A stretch of DNA of 64,000 nt from the human T2T-CHM13v2.0 reference genome, Homo sapiens. Positions 1 through 11,917 of the stretch are shown one piece after another. The position numbers and the translations under genes are program-made. Location: assembly GCF_009914755.1 (NCBI RefSeq), contig NC_060936.1; one strand, written 5' to 3'. The notes beneath the pieces are model-generated. The model was not told the origin of the DNA. It saw only the letters and a program-made list of their open reading frames with translations, and searched no databases. The number at the start of each line of letters is the position of its first letter. The first letter of the stretch is position 1.

Positions 1-1330
<1,330 letters not shown>

Positions 1331-1779
1331 ATTTCTGGCTCCCTTTCAGAAGCCCGGTTTGAGAGCAGACAGGCAAAGTCACCATTTCCACTGTCCAGTT
1401 TCCTAGCCAAGGGAAAACCTGCCAGTGATAAGGTGCGTAAAATGAGGGATGTGGCCCAAGAGTCATTGGTTTGAAACCCAGAGAACTGATGACGTAAAAC
1501 TCAGAGAATAACAGATTTAGTAAGGGTACACCAAACATAAATAGAAATGTAGGGGGTAGAGAACAGCATATTTGCCATCTAAAGCCCCAGTTGTGATATT
1601 CTTTAACAAAAATTCCCAGTTATTTAGTTGTAGTTTTTTTAAATTGACTCACTTATTACTGCTTACCACAGCTCCTTCCTTTCTGAGTACTGTATTTTGA
1701 TTCCTTTCTTTATTGTCTGGTGTCCATCTTTCAGTAACTTTTTTCAAGAAAGCTTCGTGGATTTGGTCTCCCTTGGTTC

Positions 1780-2315
1780 CATGATTATCACCTTGGCCAC
1801 ATATCGTAATGAACTTGAAAACTTTTGAAAAACTACTGACTTTTGGGCATCATCCCAGACCAATTCAGTCAGGTTCTCTGAGGGTAAGATCCATGCAACA
1901 GTATTTTAAAAAAAAATTCCTCTAGTGAGTCTAATATGCAAATGAATATCTCCAATCTCAAATAAATTACACAAACAGGCTCTCTTAGTGGGGCAAAGAA
2001 AAACCAAAGAAAGTTGCAAGTGAAGTTCAAAAACACAGGGTTGATTTGAGAATGTTGGTTTGTTGCCTTTATACTAAAGGAACTCCTTGGATTTTTTTAA
2101 AAAATGCATCACTTTTTTCTTTCTCTCACAACTATATAGGCTGGTGCATTTCAAATTTTAATGTGCTTTGGTCCATTGGAATCATCTTTGCATCTGGTCA
2201 AAATGCAGATTCTGATTCAGTAGATCTGGAATGGCAACTGAGATTCTGCATTTCTAATAAGCTCACAGGCGATGCCAATGCTGCTGGTTCATGGACCACA
2301 CTTTTGAGTAGCAAT
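1780..2315. mobile_element. Two MER5-family (hAT-Charlie) fragments (~1780-1940, ~2140-2315)
   Basis: aaaatgcagattctgattcagtagatctgg...tctgcatttctaataagctc...ggaccacactt motif. Confidence 0.75.
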
Positions 2316-5300
2316 GGTATAAATCCTGCTCCTCTGCCTTCTGTAATGAGAATTGCTTTGGAGGAATCTGGGGATACCTGAACATGGCCATTGTTTCCCT
2401 CTTGAGTGGCTTGCTTCTTTTTCCTTGGATGTTAATATGATTTTCTTCTTATCTTTGAAATTCAGATATAGTTAGGTTACATGTGTTAAGCCATAAAATA
2501 ACGATTCCCACATTGATATTGCATTTGCCTCTGAACCCTTTTTTGTTCTTGTGCCTGTGAGGCCTAACTCCACAAGACTTTCAGCTCTTCCTGAGGACTT
2601 TTCATAGGATTGACAGGATGCCTGGCCTACCTAGTGACTGAGATTCTGGTTTCCTTATTTATGCATTTGTTACAATCAAATGGGTTTGTTCTTTGCAACC
2701 AAAAAAAATTAAAGACTATGGATTTTAAACCAGACAATGTAAAAATAAAGACTGCATAGAATGCTGTGGCAAAAAGCAACATTAATGCAAAAAAAATTTA
2801 GTTATAGTGGTGACTGGCAGAAAGAAGGGCAAGGGCAAAGAAGATTCCTGTATTCAATGGGCTTCTTACAAGTCATTATTTGAGCTAGGTTGAATGACAG
2901 ACTTGTAAATAAGAGAAAAGGGTTAAAAAAAAAGTTATGGTGCCAAAAAAGAGAGGAAGAAAAAATAAAAGATTAGAATGTGATGCTAAATGATGCTAGA
3001 ATGCTTTAAACCAAGTAAAAGCTGTAAATCAAGAAATAAGAATAAAAAATTTTAAACGAGTAACAAGCCAAATTTTAAACCAAGAAAACTATTTTTAAAA
3101 GCCCTAATAAAACAGAAGTATGAGCTATAAGATAAATGGAATAAAGGTTGGAGCAAGAAGATAAATTTAAAAAGAAAATTAGAAGGTTAAAATAACTAAG
3201 GTCAAAGTTAAAAATGAGGTCAGTTATGAAATAATTTAAAGCAGATATTCTAAGTAAGTAAAGGTTGAAAGCCAACAGGGTAATAAGGTAAGATTTAAAA
3301 TAGGACATGAGATACTTTAATCCTTCATGAGAGTAGGATTAAAGATAAAAATAATCAGATGATTTATATGGATGTTAAGATATCATCAAACATAAAAAAA
3401 AAGTTTAAGTTAGAAGTAAAAAGAAGAGAAAACATACAAGGAGTAAGAGGGCTTGGAGCTTATCTGTCTTTTCCCCCAAAATAATCTTTTAATGGAGTAG
3501 TGGTGTCTTAATGGGGTAAAAACCCAAGAGGACAGAGAGCAATGTGACACCTTGGTCATGGAGGCTCCCCTTTGCTCCCCTCAGCAAGTACCAGAATGCC
3601 AGCCTCACCAGCAGTAACCAGAGAAGACAGACAGGAGGTTTCATACAGCAAACTCACAGCTGGATGGCACCAACCTGACCCAGGAGAAACTCCCTGGCCT
3701 GCCAGCTACATTCCCTCCTGGATTATCTCCTCCAAATTTAGCCCACGCACAGAGTCAGGGGAACTACCCTCTCGAGATCAATAACCTATGAAAACTCAGG
3801 TTTCAACAGTTGTCTCGTGTCTCTAGAAAGTTTAAGGACTGGCCCAGCCTCCAGAGTTTTTAAAAAGGTATTTATTCAATAAATGTTTATTGAGCCTCTT
3901 CCCTGTCCCAGGCAGCGTACTAGACTCCAGGAATGCGATGATGAATGAACAACAGATCTCTCTTAACAGAGGTCCAGACTTGTTACATGCGGCGGATAGG
4001 GAAGTTTTAACAGGTAGTTTCAATGCATCACCAACGGCACAAGTGGAAGCCTTGGCTTTGAGCAGGAGGAGGGTCACATTTCCTCTGCAGCTGGAAGGAA
4101 AGTGAGGACACGGGAGGAGGAAAGCAGGGAGGGCTGAAAGCTGGGGAAAGCATGACCATTGGCAGAATTTTCTTGGTGAAATAGGGGTTTTCCTGAGAGA
4201 GAGGAGTCTGGAAATAAGCCGAGGTCTTGGGTAAGTGGGAGAGAGAGGTCTGGGAGGGTCATAAGGAAATTCGAGAAGGAGCTAAGAACAAGTAAACAGT
4301 CTGACAGACAGCAGTGCAGGCCAAGCGAAGGCTGGAGGTGGTGCCAATCTGCCTGACAGGACTGTTAGGGCGTCCAGGTGCTGGAGACATACACAATTAA
4401 TTACAATACAATGTGAAGAGTCTCAATGTGACAGGATGATTTACTGAGACGTTACTCTCTGTCTGTTCTCCTTGCATTTCCCCCCTCAACCATTTTCAAG
4501 AATGGCTCTGGGGCTAGTTACATCAGGGGAGTTTTGAAGCAAACCTCCTACCAGGCCCTTTATTTTTTTCTTTTTTATAGCAGAGGTCTCAAAGCAGCCT
4601 TCTCCAGATTGAATAATACTTTAACAGATAGATTTCATTTGTAATGAATAGTGTTTTGAAGTTTTCAAAAATAATTGCCAACATTTTGAAAGTAGATTTC
4701 ACATAAAATCTAGATTTCAGCTTTTCCTGGAAAAATTGGATGATCTCGCAATACTGGGCCTACGTTTTCACCAGGCTGCAATTGCTTGGAGCTGAGTAAT
4801 GTCTGTCCCTTTTAAAGGAGGCGCAACCTCCAGTTCACTCTGGTCCCTACCATTTTCTCTGCCAATACCATTCATTCAGGTTAGCTGCCTGGTCTCTGCA
4901 GCCCTCTCTAAATAAAGCTGGAAATTATGTTAGGGGGAAGGAGTGGAGGCAGAAGCAATAAGCAGTGGGGCACAGGTGTGCAGCTCCTTGGGCGTGGCAA
5001 AGCCCAGGAGGGGAATAGGGACACAATGCCCCAAAGGCCTAGGACTTCCAGCATCAGCAAAGACTCCTACCTAGAAAGTGACAGAGAAGGCAAGGATACC
5101 AAACAGCAGGCTCTGACACTGACAATTATCTAGGGCAGTCTGAGAAAGAAGGGGTCCTTCCCCTGGTTCCTGAAATCCCGAGTCCTTGTGAAAATCCTAG
5201 AGAGTTTGGGGAGGGGAGGGGGACAGGAGAGTCCACAATGACTGAGATCATTTTCCAACAGCCCTTGGGGAAGTAGCGTGAAGTCAGACTTAATGAGAGA

Positions 5301-5734
5301 AAATAAGAATATCCATCACTTCTTGTACATGCACGTTTGTGGAATAAGATGTTAAACATCAAAATGGAGATTTAAAGAAAGGGCTAAGAGTAAAGAAGTG
5401 GGTGAGGTTAAGTTTTGACTAAAATAGTTATGGAAGTTTTCACAGAGGAGGTGCAATTTGAGCTGAGTTTTGAAGGATGAGTAGGAGGTATCCAAATGTA
5501 AGTTAATCTACCTAAAGACAAACATTTGAGAGTGCAAAGCATATTCAGGGAACTTGCAGTAGTTCCGTGCAACTAGGCCATTAGATGCTCATCTTTCGGT
5601 GGGGGAAAACAGGACAAGGAAGGAAATGGAAGAGAGTGAAACCAGAAGGGAAGGTTTAAGCCTTCACACATTCTTCATGACTGTATGAAGTATACTATGC
5701 TTTAGTATACCTTCTGTGTTTAGAAAGTTAATTG

Positions 5735-6036
5735 ACTGGGCGCGGTGGCTCACGTCTGTAATCCCAGCACTTTGGGAGGCCAAGGCGAATGGACCACAAG
5801 GTCAGAAGTTCGAGACCAGTCTGCCCAACATGGTGAAACCCTGTCTCTACTAAAAATACAAAAATTAGCTGGGCATGGTGGCAGCGCCTGTAATCCCAGC
5901 TACTCGGGAGGCTGAGGCAGGAGGAATTGCTTGAACCCTTGAACCCGGGAGGCGGAGGTTGCAGTGAGCCGAGATCGTGCCACTGCACTCCAGCTCTGTG
6001 GGACTGAGCAAGACTCCATCTTGGGGGAAAAAAAAA
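5735..6036 (+). mobile_element. Alu (S-type) inserted in an L2 remnant
   Basis: Full dimer; TSD aaagttaattg on both sides; internal ttgaaccc duplication. Confidence 0.97.
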
Positions 6037-8499
6037 GAAACAAAGTTAATTGTGCTGGCTGTGTGTTCAATGCTTGGGGAAAGGGAGATTGGACAAAGGC
6101 CGTTAAGTAGGCTCTTGCAACAGTCCAGGTGAGAGTTGATAAGGGTTTGAATAGTCACTGTGGGAATGGAAAGGCGGGTTTGGATTTCAATAGTCATTTA
6201 TTGAGTACTTACTGTGTGCCAGGCATTGTGCTAGGTGCTGAGATTACACAAATAAATACTGAGCCTTGCTTTGAAGAAGCTCATTGATTAAGGGACAAAG
6301 ATGACCACACCTGGTAGAGCCAGCCTAGAGCTGAAGCAGCTGAGACTGTCAAGCCTTAGTCTCATGTGTTGTACATTCCATCATGGGTCACATTCTGAGG
6401 GTCTGTTTCCACACAGGGGTTGGGGCCATCTAAGAGGTGAGATACAACCTACCTTGCAAGTTTTGAAACTCATTTCTTCCTCTACAGGGCTATTACAGCT
6501 ATTCTTGCTGACTAAAGGGATCAAATGATCAAAATCTCCTTTAATTTTCAATTTTACAGAAGGAACTTCTCTAGATGAGCAATTTTTTAGACATGGTAAC
6601 TTGCAATCATTTGGACTAAGGTGAAATTGAATTAACTCTATTGTTAAGGGAACTCCATTAATGCTTCATCACTGTTTCCAATAAGCTTCCGAATCAGGCT
6701 GAATCTTTTCCCACTTGCAGGTATAAGATGTTCACTGCCTTTGCCTCCTTACCACTTGCTGACTTCTCTATGTAGTTTATTCTTTGGATCACACAGTGCC
6801 TGGGACATAGGTGTTCAGTAAGAGTGGAGGACATGGGTTCGTAACACGCAATGTGATGCTTTGAAAAGTTGTGCGCTGTTATCTTTGGAGGCGATCAAAC
6901 TGAACTAGTTGCTAGAAATGTTCATTCATCCAGAAAATATTTATTGAGAGTCATACATATTTATTTACAAAAGGCCATGTTTATTTACTTATTTATTGCC
7001 AGACACCATTCTTGCATTGCACAAAGCAACGAACCAAACTAAGTCCCTGCTTATCCTAGTGAGGTGGACAAGCAATAAACAGATTATGAGTGTGTATACA
7101 CACACAGTACATCGTTGTAATGACAGGTGATACCTGCTATTTAGAAAAACAAAACAGTAAAAATAAAGGATGATGTTGGTGGGGAGGAAGCATTTTATAC
7201 ATTGCCTATGGGTTGCTCGGGGAAGGCCTTTCTAAAGAACAGTATTTGAAAAGAGACTTACAAAACATGGAGAGAAAAGGTGACGGAATTGGCTTTCCAG
7301 ATATCTGGGGACCCAGTCTTGCAGGCAGAAGAAGGAAAAAATGCAAACATTCTGGTAAATAATCAAGCCTGTCCTGCTGGAAGACCAGCAGGGAGGCTAG
7401 TATGAAAGGAGTGAGGAAAGGGGAGAAGAAAGAGGAGACCGTGAGTAGGAATTGATAGGATTAGAGATCCAGCCCTTTCACCTGACATTCTTCCTAAGGG
7501 CCAACTGAAAAAATTTCATGCTGAGGGAGAGGATGACTAATTGTCGTAAATAATCATTGTGTTGGCAAATGCCTGGGAAGCTTTGAGACTTTGCTAGGAG
7601 TCGTAAACATCACGAGCGGTGATGAACTTGTCTGTATGATCGCTGCTGTATCTCCAACGCCTGGCACATATAGAAGCTCAATATATATTTGAGTGAATGT
7701 TTGAAGTTTATCTTTGCTTTTTCAACCTTTCAGAATATTAATGACTAAACTGTCTCGTGCAAACGGTCTAACGTGGTGGGGGGCCGCGGGGAGGAAGTGC
7801 AATTGAAACTCAACCTATAGGACATTATGCATACATATCATTAACAGACAAACAACAAACAAAGGATGCCTTGTGCTTTGTTAATGTCTGTTAGCTTCCA
7901 GCAGCCTGTCTCCAGGGTGGCACTCACTGTGCCATTTAGACTGGAGAGATTACAACCATTCTGTAATGTCTTAGCAAATACTGGCACCTGACCTGTCCAG
8001 ATATTTCTGGCAACGTCTGAGATCTTTTTCCATCACATGACCAAAGCCATATTTGCAGAGGGTAGTGGTACTTCTCTACTTTTGCAACACCCTTGGGTAT
8101 ACTCAGTTATCTAAAAGACACCATGAACTCCAAATTACTCCAAAGTAATTGTTCATTTTAGGCTGTTTATAAACAGGCATGTTTCAGAAAGTGTTACAAA
8201 ATCAACGTGGTCACTTCCAAGAGTGAAAGTGTTAGATGATCAATTTGCCCAAAAGGGGTTTGTAAATAACTAGATGGTAATTTACCAAAAAAAACCCAAC
8301 CAAACAAACAAACAAAAAAAAAACAACAAATCCATCCCCCGGCCCCTGGCTACATTAGTTTCCTTCATTTTACTGCACCATGCAAAATCCGTTCGTGCCA
8401 TAAAATCACTTCTCTTACTTTACACCTTGAACGGAAAGTCCCAGTGTATTTCATCACAATTAAACAAATCGCCTAGTACTTAATTAGTGGGAATTCAAT

Positions 8500-9220
8500 T
8501 TGCAAAACTCCACGTGAGCCCAGTGAAAAGATGTAATGCCTCAGACAGCCGGTACTGCGACACCTCGTTTGCCCAGAACTCTCCTCTGGCACTTTCTCCC
8601 CACCCCCACCCACCACCTGGGGTTTTCCCCGCAAGTCCTGGCCCGGGGCCTGGACCTGCTGAGGTCCCGCCCGGCCGCGGCCCGCTCTAGACCGGAGTTC
8701 CCGCCCCAAGGCCCTTCTGAGGCGGGTGTCGACCTTCGCGTAACCCGCGCCCAGGAGGGCCGCTCGGAAACTGCTGTGTCAGAATGGTTTGAGGAGTCCC
8801 GAGTCAGAGCCAGCTTTAATTCGGGAGGGATGACTACCCAGGGCTGGCCCGCGGAGACGCAGCCGGGAAGGGTGTGGTGCAGCTGTCGGGAGAGCGCGCC
8901 CGGGCCCGGCCGCCTCGGCTCCGCCCTCGGCCCCACGGTCCCCGCGGTCCCCCATCCCGCCGCCCGCCAGCGCCCCGGGGCCAGCGTCTGGAGAACTGTG
9001 GACGCGCACGCGCGTAGGACGGCGAGCAGGCCCCGCCCCTCCCCGGCCCCCTCTCACGTGCTGCTCAGCGTGCGCCCAGACATGTGCGGGCACACGTGAC
9101 AGCGCCGCGTCCGGCCCCGGTTCCCTAACCCCGCGCGGCTGTACTTTGAACCCAGGCGTGGGAGACTGGAGCAGGGAAGGGAGGAAGGAAAACCAGGCGG
9201 GGAGGCCGGCCTCGGGGAGA
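8500..9220. promoter_or_regulatory. Downstream (orphan-looking) CpG island with E-box cluster
   Basis: Dense CpG; GC box near 9031-9040; CACGTG at 8511, 9055 and 9093; CATGTG at 9081. Confidence 0.85.
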
Positions 9221-10821
9221 ATGATATCATCTGCAGCTTTATCGCTAGGCAACCTAAGAATGCTTCTCCTCTCTCTCCAATCCTAGAGCCCCTTGAAGAG
9301 CTCAAGGCTGATGACATTATTCCCCCCTCCTTTCCCTCCAACCCCCCATGCAGCGCTCAAACGGTGATTCAAGGAGCAAGGGTTGGTTTACTAGTTTTAA
9401 AATGAGGATCTTAGCAGGCACAGTTCAGAAATCGATCCATTATCGCGCCCACTTGGGTCTGCAGAGGCCTTCGGGGGTGCCTGCAGTCAGGTGCCTCTCT
9501 GGTCATACGCGGTTTACACAACCACGATATGGCTAGGCAGATAGATAAGCCTTGTTCAAGATAATATGTATTTGAAAACTAAGTCCTGCTTAAGGTGTCT
9601 TAGAATCCTGTGTCTTTATAATACTATAAGGGTTTTTCTGGTTGCTCTGAGTTACAGGTCGCCAGGAGTTGGGTCAGACTGAAGTCCCCCTGTTACAGCT
9701 AATTTTCGAATCACAGTGAGGAAGCCGCAAGGCCGCATATGGAAGCAACATGTATTAAACTATCTGGCAGATACTCAATATCTCTGTTGTGCAGCACATA
9801 ATATTCTGTGTGCACACCCATATGGAAAAGGCTCCAAAATTGAAACCTTAGCTAAAGTTCACAGTGCCCTAAAAATACTCTATATAAAAACTGTAGCACA
9901 TGGCCCTCTCTCCAGCTTGCTGGATTCTAGAGGTTCTCTCTGACCAGCTTCATAGGTTATTTTGGTCCTAGATCCCTTCTGTTATAGAGAACCTCTAGGG
10001 CACAACCAGGACCACACAGGTATAGAGGGGCAGAAAGCCCACCGTTATGTGGAGACTTCCAAACTAGGAAAGGCACATTTCTGGATGTCTCCAAAGTGAG
10101 TGGATGATGGAATAGTATGGTTATTTGTAGGAGACTTTGAAAATTATTTCCCTAGAATTTCATCTCTCTCAAAATTATTGCATGCTCTATGCCATAATTT
10201 AGCAAGATTATTATGGTGATAATCTTTCCTTCTCCACCAGCAAGTATACTCTGCCTTTGAGGATCGCACATGGGCTAGCTCAACTCATTCCATGAGAAAA
10301 CCTTAGCCTGTCCCTCCCCATTACTAAAACTATGGCATAAAAGTATAAAGAGCACTAGACTCAGAACCAAAAATCCTGGTTCTCTTACTGAGCTCTATGA
10401 CCTTGGACTAGTTCTTTGCCTCAGCTTCCTCCCAAAGGTTTTTGAAAATCAGGCCTTAGGATGCCATGTTTCCCTCTAGAACTGCTCAGTCTCTCTCACT
10501 CCCTTACTCGAAGGGAAAGAAGTCACCATTAGTTTCTTTTGTAAAACAGATAGATGGAGGAGGTGAGACACAGAGCTGCTCATGAGGTACTGCTTTCGTT
10601 CCCCTACCACATGAGATATGATCATGCTCTGAATACTATCATATCTCACTTCGCAGCAGGAAATATCGTGACTCCCTAGTCCCAGCCCATGGTTCAAATC
10701 CTCAGGAGGCGATTTTGGTGAGAGCCAGCATAGCAGTCACGCTCTAAAGAGACTGGCAAGTTAGGAAATCCTTGCTTAGACCTCAAGTCAAATATAGCCA
10801 ATTAAACTGTACTGCAGCTTA

Positions 10822-11037
10822 TTGTAAATGGCACTTTTTAAAGTTTAATTTCCAGTTGTTCATTGCTAGTGTATAAAAATACAATGTATATTTGTTTATT
10901 GATGTTTTCTTCTGTAGCTTTTCTAAATTCTTGTATTTGTTCTAGTAGGATTTTTTTTTGGTAGATTGATTCCCTATGATTTATGTACCTGATAATGTCA
11001 TCTCTAAATAAAGAAAATTTTACTATAAAAACGTAAA
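10822..11037 (-). mobile_element. L1M ORF2-derived fragment flanked by 19-bp direct repeats
   Basis: Antisense L1-like attgtaaatgg...ttcattgctagtgtataaaaatacaat; flanks at 10803-10821 and 11038-11056. Confidence 0.7.
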
Positions 11038-11796
11038 TAAAGTGTAGTGCAGCTTAGCACGGGAGCAGGGTCGGCCAGAACCTTCTCTTTGGAGATGGCC
11101 TCATGCCCTTATTGTGCTGCCGTTCCTTCTGTAAAACCCAGCTACTTCTCACCTAGGCCTCCTCACTTGGATGTAATTAGTAGCTCCCACCCCCACCACA
11201 GCAGTGTATCCATCCCTGGATAACACTTACTGTGTTGCAATGTAATTTATTTTAGTATAGGTCTATCACCCACACTAGACTCTGAGATCTTCAGAGGTTA
11301 ATCTTTGATTCTCTAGCACTTACCATGGCACCTCACATACAGCAAGCAAAACAAATATCTGAATCCCCACACCATTTATTGAATCCATAAACTCAAGAAG
11401 AAAAGGAATATGCTGTAATCGATGAGGAGTCTGAAACCTCTCACCATGGGTGTGTCTAAATTCAGAGGCAGCATCTGGACCTACACACCCATCCTGCCAG
11501 TTCCCCAGAATACTTTTGCATTCTGCCGGCTGCCCAAGAAGTCCAATACCCAGAGGCAGGGGAGGTTACATACTAGAAGCAGGAGCCAGAGTCATCCTTA
11601 AATCAAAATGCTGAGTCAGTTTCACTAGTGGCCCTCCCTCCCCTATTCTTAGCAACTAGAGAGAGGTGTTCATCTAATCAAATAACTTATTCCTGACATG
11701 CAAATTTGTTTATTTTGTGGTTAGTTGTGGGCTAAAACCATTAGCAAGTTGCTTTTATTTTTATGTAATAAAATGATGGCAAAATATATAACGTAT

Positions 11797-11917
11797 TTGA
11801 AGGCATTTGCATAAGTAATCTTGAAGGCATTTGCATAAGAAGCATCGCTGAGAATCTGGAAGTTAAAGGAAATAAAAAAGCTGAGAATCTATCTGGAAGT
11901 TAAAGGAAATAAAAAAG
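11797..11917. repeat. Two adjacent short duplications
   Basis: ttgaaggcatttgcataag x2 (11797, 11821); gctgagaatct(atct)ggaagttaaaggaaataaaaaa x2 (11847, 11880). Confidence 0.95.

Noticed and set aside
5728-6197. ORFs with familiar-looking peptides (also near 32179, 41143, 55371, 62707)
   Set aside because: Alu-derived translations.
8473-9341. Several 67-187 aa ORFs on both strands in the downstream island
   Set aside because: GC-rich stop depletion; no recognisable domain or exon structure.
11797-11917. Repeat-spacer-like short direct repeats (also 16523, 43840) as a CRISPR-like array
   Set aside because: Only 2-3 adjacent copies, no unique spacers of regular length, eukaryotic context, no cas genes.
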